Positions 38,384 through 46,913 of a stretch of DNA of 64,000 nt are shown piece after piece. Each line of letters begins with the position of its first letter. Positions within the stretch are counted from its first letter, which is position 1. The DNA is from an uncultured Bifidobacterium sp. (GTDB taxonomy: Bacteria; Verrucomicrobiota; Verrucomicrobiia; Limisphaerales; JADLHS01), in the NCBI GenBank assembly GCA_964561105.1, contig CAZLOH010000008.1:3093-67092 (forward strand), in the 5' to 3' direction. The translations under genes were made by a program, and so were the position numbers. A model generated the notes under the pieces. The model was not told the origin of the DNA. It saw only the letters and a program-made list of their open reading frames with translations, and did no database searches.

Positions 38384-40210
38384 ATGGAAAAAATTTGGTG
38401 GCAGGAAATTGGTGAGCGCTGCGCCCGCCACGGCCGCGCGCTGCGATGCGCGGTGTGGCTGATGGCCCTGGTAGCGGCGGTACTGCCGGCTTCGGCGGTG
38501 ACGTTCACGGCCTCTTTGGATCGCGACACCATCACCTTCGGGGAGAGCGTGGGACTTTCCCTCACCTTTGATGGCGCGCAACCCGAAGGCACGCCCACGA
38601 TTCCGTCCATTCCCAACCTGCAAATCGCCTACAACGGCCCGTCTAGTCAGATCAGCTTCGTCAATGGCCAGGTCAGCTCCAAGATCACGCATAATTTCAC
38701 CGTCACCCCCAGGCAACCCGGCGACTACACAATCCCGCCGTTGCGCTACGATGTCGCCGGCCAGCAACTCGTGACCCAACCGATCCAGCTGAAGGTGCTC
38801 AAACCCGGTGCGCCGCCCCCCGGTGCGGTCGCCGCCGGGTCGCAGCCCGTGTTTCTCCGGCTGCAGTTGCCCAAGACAAATGTTTATCTCGGCGAAATCA
38901 TCCACGGCGAGTTCCAGCTTTATCTGCGCGACGGCGTGCTGGGGGCCAGCCAGTTTCAATTCACCGCCACGCCCACCGAAGGTTTTTCCGTCGGCAAAAT
39001 GCTTGAAGGCCAGAAACGCCGGATGCAAATCGGCAGCAGCGGCTACACCGTGGTCCCCATCTCCGTCCTGCTCACGCCCAACAAAACCGGGCCGTTGAGC
39101 ATCGGCCCGGTGACCGCCAGCGTGGTGATTGAACTGCGCTCGAACAACCGCCGGCGCGACCCCTTCGTGGACCCGCTCGGCATGTTTAGCAATAATCAGC
39201 GGCAGCAAATCGCGCTCGCAACGGAGGCGCAGACGGTGCAATGCCTGCCACTGCCCGAGGAAGACAAGCCCGTCAATTTCAACGGTGCCGTCGGCAACTA
39301 CACCATGACGGTGAGCGTCGGCCCGACCAACGTCGCCACCGGCGATCCCATCACCGTGCGGGTGCGAATCAGCGGTACCGGCGCGCTCAACGCACTCACG
39401 CTGCCCGAACAAACGGCGTGGCATGACTTCAAAACCTATCCTCCCACCGCCAGTGTGGAAACCACCGACCCGATAGGATTGCAAGGCACGAAAACTTTCG
39501 AGCAGATCATCACGCCCGAAAGCACGGACATCAAAGCGCTACCGGCCTTTTCCTTTTCCTATTTCGACCCCGAAACGCGGACGTATCACACCCTCCGCCA
39601 ACCCGCCGTGCCCCTCGAGGTGCGTCCCGGCGGCAGCGCCCCACCTCCGGTGATTGCCGCCACCGCGAAGCCAGCCAGTGACACTCCGCCGACGCCGCAG
39701 GACATCGTGCCCATCAAGACCCGCCTGGGAACCGTCACGTCCACGCACCCGGCGATCAGCCGGCAGAAAGTTTTCCTCGCGCTGAACACCGTGCCCGCGC
39801 TCGCGTTCCTGGCGGTGCTGGTCTGGCGCAAACGCACCGCCGCCCTGGCCAACAACCCGCGTCGCCGCCGACACCGCGAGGTGGCCGAGACCTTGCGCAC
39901 CGGACTGGAGCAACTGCGGGAACACGCCGCCCAGAATCGGTCGGACGACTTTTTCGCCGGACTGGTGCACCTGCTGCAGGAGAAGCTGGGCGAACGACTC
40001 GATTGCCCGGCCTCCGCCATCACGGAAGCGGTGGTGGAAGAAAAGCTCCGACCGCGCGGCCTGCCGGACTCGACGCTCGACGAATTGCGCGCGTTGTTCC
40101 AGGCGTGCAATCTCGCGCGCTACGCACCGATCCAATCGAGCCACGAACTCGCCGCCCTCATCCCCCGGCTGGAAAACGTGCTGAAGAAATTGGAGGAGAT
40201 GAAGACATGA
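38384..40210 (+). CDS. batD: BatD-like protein
   Basis: Signal peptide, FTASLDRDTITFGE, FNGAVGNYTM, DFKTYPP and FSFSYFDP, plus a C-terminal TM helix and soluble tail. Confidence 0.8.
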   Translation: MEKIWWQEIGERCARHGRALRCAVWLMALVAAVLPASAVTFTASLDRDTITFGESVGLSLTFDGAQPEGTPTIPSIPNLQIAYNGPSSQISFVNGQVSSKITHNFTVTPRQPGDYTIPPLRYDVAGQQLVTQPIQLKVLKPGAPPPGAVAAGSQPVFLRLQLPKTNVYLGEIIHGEFQLYLRDGVLGASQFQFTATPTEGFSVGKMLEGQKRRMQIGSSGYTVVPISVLLTPNKTGPLSIGPVTASVVIELRSNNRRRDPFVDPLGMFSNNQRQQIALATEAQTVQCLPLPEEDKPVNFNGAVGNYTMTVSVGPTNVATGDPITVRVRISGTGALNALTLPEQTAWHDFKTYPPTASVETTDPIGLQGTKTFEQIITPESTDIKALPAFSFSYFDPETRTYHTLRQPAVPLEVRPGGSAPPPVIAATAKPASDTPPTPQDIVPIKTRLGTVTSTHPAISRQKVFLALNTVPALAFLAVLVWRKRTAALANNPRRRRHREVAETLRTGLEQLREHAAQNRSDDFFAGLVHLLQEKLGERLDCPASAITEAVVEEKLRPRGLPDSTLDELRALFQACNLARYAPIQSSHELAALIPRLENVLKKLEEMKT

Positions 40211-40962
40211 GAGCTTTGACGTTGCTGGTTTTATTGGCGTTGCTGGGGAGCGTTCGGACTGGCCGGGCCGCCGCCGGACTGGACAGTGAGTTTGACGCCG
40301 CCAACAAGCTGTATGCGCAGAGCAAATTCGCGGAGGCGGCGACGGCCTACGAAAAAATAATTCAAACCGGGGAGATTTCGCCCGCGCTGTATTTCAACCT
40401 GGGCAACGCCTGCTTCAAAGCCGGGCAGCTCGGGCACGCCATCGCTGCCTATCGGGAGGCGGAAGAAATTTCGCCGCGCGACCCGGACGTGCGCGCCAAC
40501 CTGCAATTCGCCCGCCAGCGTGTGGCCGGCCCCAAGTTGACAGAAAGCTGGTGGGAACGCGGGCTGGGCACGCTCACCATCACGGAATGGATGTCCCTCG
40601 CCACACTCACGATCTGGACGACTTTGAGTTTGCTGGTGATTGGCCAACTCAAACCCGCAGTCGCGCCCGGGCTGCGTCCATGGGTGTGGGTGGCCGTCGT
40701 TTGCTCACTGGTGGTGATTGCCGCCACAAAGCTGGCCACCATGCAAACGGCCGCACACCGCGTTGCCATCGTGGCCGTCCCCGAAGCCGCCGTGCGCAAC
40801 GGGCCGTTTGACGAATCACCCACGGCCTTCACCGCGCAGGACGGCGCGGAATTGCGCACGCTGGACAGCAAGGATGGCTGGTGGCAGGTGACCGATGGCA
40901 CGAGCCGCATCGGATGGGTGAAACAAGAGGCGTTGGTCTGGTCGCCGCGCGCCCCCTCATGA
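40207..40962 (+). CDS. BatE-like TPR plus SH3 protein
   Basis: ATGA overlap with batD; TPR (ANKLY...LYFNLGNACFK...DPDVRANL), two TM helices and an SH3-like C-terminus (DGWWQV...GWV). Confidence 0.8.
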   Translation: MRALTLLVLLALLGSVRTGRAAAGLDSEFDAANKLYAQSKFAEAATAYEKIIQTGEISPALYFNLGNACFKAGQLGHAIAAYREAEEISPRDPDVRANLQFARQRVAGPKLTESWWERGLGTLTITEWMSLATLTIWTTLSLLVIGQLKPAVAPGLRPWVWVAVVCSLVVIAATKLATMQTAAHRVAIVAVPEAAVRNGPFDESPTAFTAQDGAELRTLDSKDGWWQVTDGTSRIGWVKQEALVWSPRAPS

Positions 40963-41127
40963 ATTCGTGGCCCGACGACGCGATGGTTGGGCTTGTCATT
41001 TTCGCGCCGGCATGTTTCTCTGCGTCTGCGATGAACCCATTTCTTCTCCGTCAAGGTTCGCGGAGTGGCCGACCAGCTTCGGGCGGCTTCGGCTCGATTG
41101 ACCCAGAACCGCAACGCAATTGATCTG

Positions 41128-42144
41128 ATGAAAAAATCCCACTTGCTTCTGCCCTTCGCTCTGACCGCCGTCGCTTGGGGACTCGCTTCCTGCGCCTCGA
41201 CGCCCGCCTCGGCCACCGCCAATCCGTTCGGCGTCCACATCACCCGCACGAACGACTGTCTGCGCGTGGACCTCAACGGCAAATTTTTCACCGACTACTT
41301 TTACACCAACGTCCCCCGTCCGTATTGCTATCCGCTCATCGGTCCGGGAGGCGCGCACATGACGCGCGATTACCCCATGATTCGCGATTCCAAGGACGAA
41401 GACCACGATCATCCGCATCATCGTTCGCTCTGGTTCGCCCTCGGCAACATCAACGGGGAAGATTTATGGGCCGAGCAGAAAAAGAGCGGGCGCACCGTGC
41501 ATCGGGGTTTTACGGAAATTCTCTCCGGCACCAAGACCGGCGTCATCCAAACGCTCAATGACTGGGTATCCGTGGATGGCAAGGTGCTCTGCTCGGACGA
41601 GGAAACCCTCCGTTTCCATGCGCCGGAGGACGACGTAACCGTGCTCGATTTTGAAGTCACCCTCCACGCCTCGCACGGCGACGTCACGTTGGGCGACACC
41701 AAGGAAGGCAGCTTCGGCGTGCGCGTGGCCGAATCCATGCGCCTCAAGCCGAACAAATACAATGTGGGCAAACCCACCGGCCACATCGTCAACAGCAATG
41801 GCCTGCGCGATGAGCAGACTTGGGGCAAACGCGCGGACTGGTGCGATTACTACGGTCCCGTGGGCAGCAACATCGTCGGCATCGCCATCTTTGATCATCC
41901 GGCCAATCCACGTCACCCCACCTGGTGGCATGTGCGCGATTACGGGCTGTTTGCCGCGAATCCGTTTGGCCAGCATGATTTCGAACACCTGTCCGATCCG
42001 CACGCGGGCGACTTCAAACTGCCCGCCGGTCAGAGTGTGACCTTTCGTTACCGCGTCGTGCTGCACCCCGGCAACGAACAGACCGGGCAGATCGCCCGGC
42101 GTTACGCCGAATACGTGAAAGAGACGGAAACCAAGGACAACTAG
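41128..42144 (+). CDS. Secreted DUF6807 / 'PmoA-family' protein
   Basis: RPYCYPL, DHPHHRSLWF, TKEGSFGVR, DHPANPRHPTWWHVRDYGLFAANPFG and FRYRVVLH. Confidence 0.8.
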   Translation: MKKSHLLLPFALTAVAWGLASCASTPASATANPFGVHITRTNDCLRVDLNGKFFTDYFYTNVPRPYCYPLIGPGGAHMTRDYPMIRDSKDEDHDHPHHRSLWFALGNINGEDLWAEQKKSGRTVHRGFTEILSGTKTGVIQTLNDWVSVDGKVLCSDEETLRFHAPEDDVTVLDFEVTLHASHGDVTLGDTKEGSFGVRVAESMRLKPNKYNVGKPTGHIVNSNGLRDEQTWGKRADWCDYYGPVGSNIVGIAIFDHPANPRHPTWWHVRDYGLFAANPFGQHDFEHLSDPHAGDFKLPAGQSVTFRYRVVLHPGNEQTGQIARRYAEYVKETETKDN

Positions 42145-42182
42145 AACCAACCCGCGCCCGAACGCGCTTAACCAAACGAATT

Positions 42183-43625
42183 ATGAATCGCCGCACCTTC
42201 CTCAAAAACTCCCTGCTCACCACCGCCACCCTGAGCCTCGCACCAGCCCTAAGCCGCGCGCAGGTGCCTGGCGCCAACGGCGACATCCGCGTCGCCGTCG
42301 TTGGCTTCAATGGCCGGGGCAAAAGTCACATTGAAGGTTTCCGCGAACAGAAAGGCGTGCGCGTGGTGGCGTTGTGCGACGTGGACCAGAAGGTCCTGGA
42401 CCAAATGGCGGAAAAATTCAAAGCGGAGAATGTGCCGGTGGAAACCTATCAGGACGTCCGAAAATTGCTCGAGAACAAGGACATTGACGCGGTCTCCTTC
42501 GCCACGCCGAATCACTGGCACGCGCTGGGCACCATCTGGGCCGTGCAGGCGGGCAAGGATGTGTACGTGGAAAAACCCGTGGCCCACAATGTCTGGGAAG
42601 GTCAGCAGATGGTGGCCGCCGCCCGAAAATACAATCGGATGGTCCAGGCCGGCACCCAGACGCGTTCGTGTTACGGCATTCGCGAAGCCATCGAATGGTT
42701 GCGCGCCGGCAGCCTGGGCAAGATTAAACTGGGCCGGAGCATGTGCTACAAACGCCGCGCCAGCATCGGCAAGGCAACCGAGCCTTGCCCGATTCCGGCC
42801 ACCCTGGATTATGACCTGTGGTGCGGTCCGGCGCCGAAAGTGGAACCGCTCTGGCGCAAACGCCTGCACTACGACTGGCACTGGGTCTGGCCCACCGGCA
42901 ATGGCGACCTGGGCAATCAGGGCGTACATCAGGTGGACATGGCGCGCTGGGCGCTGGGTTATGATGCCGTTTCACCCCGCGTGTTCGCATTCGGTGGCAG
43001 GTTCGGTTACGAAGACGACGGCACCACGCCCAACACGCTGATTGCCTGGCACGATTACAAGCCCGTGCCGATCATTTTTGAAGTGCGCGGTCTGCCCACC
43101 GCCGCCGGCTCGGACAAGATGGATCAATATCGCGGTTTCACCGGCATCAGCGCGGCGTTCGAGTGTGAGGGCGGCTTCATGGTGTTCCCCAATTACAACA
43201 CCGCCATCGTCTGCGACAACGACGGCAAACAGATCAAAAAGTTTTCCGGCTCGGACAATCACTTCGCCAACTTCATCAAAGCGGTGCGTAGCCGGAAACA
43301 GTCGGACCTCAACGCCGACATTCTCGACGGCCATCTTTCGGCCGCGATTTGCCACACGGCGAATATTTCGTATCGGCTCGGTCATGGCCAATCGCCGGAC
43401 GAAATCCGGGATGCGGTGAAAAACAACCACGACATGGCCGACGCCCTGGGGCGGATGGAAGAACACCTGGCTGCCAACAACGTGGATGTGAAGAAAACGC
43501 CGACGGCTCTAGGTCCGGTGTTGACGATGACTCCGGAAACGCAGCGCTTCACCAACAACACCACGGCGAATCAAATGCTCACGCGCGAGTATCGGAAGCC
43601 GTTCGTCGTACCCGAAAAGGTGTAA
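42183..43625 (+). CDS. Tat-exported Gfo/Idh/MocA oxidoreductase
   Basis: Twin-arginine signal MNRRTFLK, ATPNHWH, DVYVEKP, YDLWCGPAP and GDLGNQGVHQVD. Confidence 0.92.
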   Translation: MNRRTFLKNSLLTTATLSLAPALSRAQVPGANGDIRVAVVGFNGRGKSHIEGFREQKGVRVVALCDVDQKVLDQMAEKFKAENVPVETYQDVRKLLENKDIDAVSFATPNHWHALGTIWAVQAGKDVYVEKPVAHNVWEGQQMVAAARKYNRMVQAGTQTRSCYGIREAIEWLRAGSLGKIKLGRSMCYKRRASIGKATEPCPIPATLDYDLWCGPAPKVEPLWRKRLHYDWHWVWPTGNGDLGNQGVHQVDMARWALGYDAVSPRVFAFGGRFGYEDDGTTPNTLIAWHDYKPVPIIFEVRGLPTAAGSDKMDQYRGFTGISAAFECEGGFMVFPNYNTAIVCDNDGKQIKKFSGSDNHFANFIKAVRSRKQSDLNADILDGHLSAAICHTANISYRLGHGQSPDEIRDAVKNNHDMADALGRMEEHLAANNVDVKKTPTALGPVLTMTPETQRFTNNTTANQMLTREYRKPFVVPEKV

Positions 43626-43669
43626 GTGCGGCGGAGCAAAACGTCCGGTTTTACTGTTTCATGCGTAAA

Positions 43670-43745
43670 GTAGCCGACGAGGTAACGAGGCGGAGCAAGC
43701 GACACGAGTTTCCGAGCGAATCCGCCTCCTCACGTCGGCGGCTAC
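43670..43745. repeat. REP-like palindrome, second copy of the 35591-35661 family
   Basis: GTAGCCGACGAGGTAACGAGGCGGAG...TCCGCCTCCTCACGTCGGCGGCTAC. Confidence 0.8.
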
Positions 43746-43881
43746 GGCACGAAGTGGGGCCTTTCGCACCGGCGCTGAAGCCCGCCCGCGAGCGCACCAA
43801 TTTGGAAATGGGAGCGGGGCTGGATTCCGCGCGCGGATTGCAATGTCCCCGACCACCGGAGCTGATCGCTGCTTCAGGCGC

Positions 43882-44310
43882 TCACGACCGCTTCTCGTCG
43901 GCGTCAATGTAATCCACGAAATTCTTGATGTCCGCGCGATGGCCGAGGCCGGCTTGTTCCTTGCGTTGCTGGAGTCGGGCAATGCCGTCGGCGTCGTTGG
44001 CGGCGGGATAATCCAGCATTTGCTGAAAGAACGCGGCCTTGTCCGCCGGGGATTTTTTTACGTGTCGCTTCACCCAATCGCAGACCTGGCCGTCGGTGAT
44101 TGAGTTCTTGACCACTTCGAGCATTTGCGCGTGCGTCACGCCGGCCGCGTCGAGCCACGCCTTGTCGAAGCCGCGCGCGCCATAATTCGGCTGATAATCC
44201 GCGTGCAGCTTACCGGCCAGGTGCAGACGGATCTTGTCCACATACCGGGGCAAATGCGCCCAGCCATCCATGGTTTCGCGGGGGCTGCGGGGAGGAATAA
44301 TGTCGCTCAT
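43882..44310 (-). CDS. DUF5069-like protein
   Basis: PRSPRETMDGWAHLPRYVDKIRL...Y...D...L...GVT and C-terminal DYIDADEKR. Confidence 0.78.
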   Translation of the reverse strand: MSDIIPPRSPRETMDGWAHLPRYVDKIRLHLAGKLHADYQPNYGARGFDKAWLDAAGVTHAQMLEVVKNSITDGQVCDWVKRHVKKSPADKAAFFQQMLDYPAANDADGIARLQQRKEQAGLGHRADIKNFVDYIDADEKRS

Positions 44311-44610
44311 GCACCCATGATTGGCGACCAGCGGGAAGCTGTCAACCTTCCCGACAACTCAAACGCGATTCGAACCAATGACCGGTTTTGTTGGCACAGC
44401 CGCCGGACCACTGACGCCAGCAACACCTGGGGGAGCGAACGAAGCGCCAGCCGGTCCGGGCCACGGCTCCTGATTTTTTCACAACCCTGCTCCGCCGGAT
44501 CGGCACACGACGATAGGGCTGCTGACAACAATTGCTGCCGCGGCAATTTGCGCTGGTCAGTTCCCGCGAGATTCAGCTACGATGGCGGCGACACGAACCA
44601 GATCATTGTG

Positions 44611-45771
44611 ATGCCAGCCATTTCACGCCGTTCCAAGTTTTACGATTGTTACCGACATTCTTTCGACTGGCCGGCCTGGTTGCTGGTGGCAACCATCGCA
44701 ATCGGGTTGTCCCCGCGCGTGGGCGCGGCGGACCTCAAGACCAAAAATGTCTTCCTCATCACCACCGACGGATTGCGCTGGCAGGAGGTGTTCACCGGCG
44801 CCGAGGAAGCGTTGCTGACCAAGGCCAACGGAGGCGTGGCCGATGAGGCGGCCAACCGGAAAAAATTCTGGCGCGCCACTCCCGGAGAACGACGGCGCGC
44901 GCTGCTGCCCTTTCTCTGGAGCGAGGTGGCGGCGCACGGGCAGATTTACGGAAATCAAACCAAGGGCAGTGTGGCGCACATCACCAACACCCGGAAGTTT
45001 TCCTACCCGGGCTACAGCGAGTTTCTCACCGGGGTCGCCGACGCACGGATTGACAGCAACGACAAGTTTCTCAACCCGAACACGAACGTCTTCGAATGGC
45101 TGAACACGCGGCCCGGCTTTTCCGGTCGGGTGGCGGCCGTGGTGAATTGGGATGTGATTCCCTGGATCCTGAACACCGAGCGCAGCCAGTTGCCGGTATG
45201 GACCGGATTCCCGCTGCCGCCCCATTCGCGGGAAATCAAGATTTCGCCGGAACTGGCGCAGTTGCTGGGCGACACCACCGCGATCTTTGACGGAATAATC
45301 TTTGATTCGTTCACCGAACGGGCGGCGGTGGACTACGTGAAGCAGGCAAAGCCACGAGCGTTGTATGTCGCCTTTGGCGAGACGGACGAGTGGGCGCATG
45401 AAGGTCGCTATGATCTCCTGTTGGAATCCGCGCATCATGTGGATCGCTTCATCCAGCGCCTGTGGGAGACGGCGCAGGCTCTCCCCGAGTATCGCAACCA
45501 GACCACGTTCATCATCGCCACCGATCACGGTCGCGGCGATGGCCTGCACCAGTGGCGGAATCACGGGGCGAAAGTGGACGGGGCGGAAAATATCTGGATC
45601 GCCATCTTCGGGCCGGACACGCCGCCGCTGGGCGAACGCGAGAACTGCGCGCCGGTCACGCAGGCGCAGATCGCCGCCACAGTCGCGGCTTTTCTCGGGC
45701 AAGATTTTCGCGCGGCCTTGCCCCAGGTGGCTGCGCCAATCAACGAAGCCATTCGATCCGGAGCGAACTAG
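44611..45771 (+). CDS. Alkaline-phosphatase-superfamily metalloenzyme (secreted)
   Basis: FLITTDGLRWQE, FSYPGYSE, ETDEWAH and TDHGRG. Start moved to MPAIS. Confidence 0.82.
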   Translation: MPAISRRSKFYDCYRHSFDWPAWLLVATIAIGLSPRVGAADLKTKNVFLITTDGLRWQEVFTGAEEALLTKANGGVADEAANRKKFWRATPGERRRALLPFLWSEVAAHGQIYGNQTKGSVAHITNTRKFSYPGYSEFLTGVADARIDSNDKFLNPNTNVFEWLNTRPGFSGRVAAVVNWDVIPWILNTERSQLPVWTGFPLPPHSREIKISPELAQLLGDTTAIFDGIIFDSFTERAAVDYVKQAKPRALYVAFGETDEWAHEGRYDLLLESAHHVDRFIQRLWETAQALPEYRNQTTFIIATDHGRGDGLHQWRNHGAKVDGAENIWIAIFGPDTPPLGERENCAPVTQAQIAATVAAFLGQDFRAALPQVAAPINEAIRSGAN

Positions 45772-45872
45772 GATCGCAATGGATGCTGTTCCCGCTCCCA
45801 GTATGACTCAGTTTTTTCAAGCGTCCGCCAATTTTGACCGAATAACTCAACTGTAAAATCGTCCTAATCACC

Positions 45873-46784
45873 ATGCTAAATCCAAAGCGTAGTCTGCTCG
45901 TCCTCCTGATCGGAATTATTTCACTCAGCCTCTTCCTGCCCAACCTCGCCGGCGCCGCGCCGCGGGTGAAGCACGTGTTCATCATCAGCTTTGATCAAGG
46001 CAATCCGGCGTTGATCGAGCGGACGGACATGCCGACGTATCATCAGATGGTGGCCGAAGGCGCGCACACCTGGAGCGCTTACACGATCGTGCCGAGCATC
46101 ACGCTGCCCTCCCACACCTCGATGCTCACCGGCGTCGGCCCGCAGGCGCATCAGGTACTATGGAACAGTTACATCCCGACCAATGGCCTGGTCAAAGTGC
46201 CCACCATCTTCAGCCTGGCCAAGGCGCGCGGTCTGGTGACGGCGATGTATGTGGGCAAGGAGAAATTCAAGCACCTGCTCCTGCCCGGCAGCGTGGACAG
46301 CTTCGTGTGGCCGCAACCGGAGGACAATGCCAAGGCGGTGGCGCAGGCCTTTGCCGGAGAAGTGGCGCAACTCAAACCCAATCTCTGCTTCATCCACTTC
46401 CGCGATCCCGACAGCGCCGGCCATGCGCATGGCGCGAACTCGCCGGAGAAAGTGCAGGCGTTGAAAGATTGCGACGAAGCCCTCAAGGTCATCAAGGACG
46501 CGATCGCAGCGGCCGGCCTCACGGACAGCAGCGTCATCATTCTCACGGCAGATCACGGATCCCATGACATCCTCAAGAATGGCAAAACTGTTGCCACGCA
46601 CGGCACGGCCGAGTCCGTGGACGTGAAAATTCCCTGGGTGGCCTGGGGCAAAGGCGTAAAGAAGGATTTCACCATCACCGCGCCGGTGATCCAGTATGAC
46701 ACGGCGGCCACCGCGCTCTGGCTGCTGCACGTGCCGCTGCCGGAATCCTTCTGGGGCCGGCCCGTCACCAGCGCGTTCAAATAG
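45873..46784 (+). CDS. Nucleotide pyrophosphatase/phosphodiesterase (alkaline-phosphatase superfamily)
   Basis: IISFD, SITLPSHTSMLTG (catalytic Thr), DSAGHAHG and LTADHG. Confidence 0.85.
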   Translation: MLNPKRSLLVLLIGIISLSLFLPNLAGAAPRVKHVFIISFDQGNPALIERTDMPTYHQMVAEGAHTWSAYTIVPSITLPSHTSMLTGVGPQAHQVLWNSYIPTNGLVKVPTIFSLAKARGLVTAMYVGKEKFKHLLLPGSVDSFVWPQPEDNAKAVAQAFAGEVAQLKPNLCFIHFRDPDSAGHAHGANSPEKVQALKDCDEALKVIKDAIAAAGLTDSSVIILTADHGSHDILKNGKTVATHGTAESVDVKIPWVAWGKGVKKDFTITAPVIQYDTAATALWLLHVPLPESFWGRPVTSAFK

Positions 46785-46913
46785 TGTCGTCCGGCTCGGC
46801 GGATCTTGCGACTGATGATGGAACTTGACTGATTTGCCTGCGCGCAAAAACGTCGCGTCAGTGCGCGACCGACTGCGGGGAGTGTTTGGTTCATTTTATC
46901 GGGAGCTGCCTCA

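Noticed and set aside
38207-39484. N-terminal two-thirds of the 609-aa minus-strand ORF
   Set aside because: Antisense to batD. Only the part from MSESAIAEIK looks like a real protein.
41128-42144. Particulate methane monooxygenase subunit
   Set aside because: It is a soluble secreted protein without TM helices or pmoB/pmoC neighbours; only the family nickname is shared.
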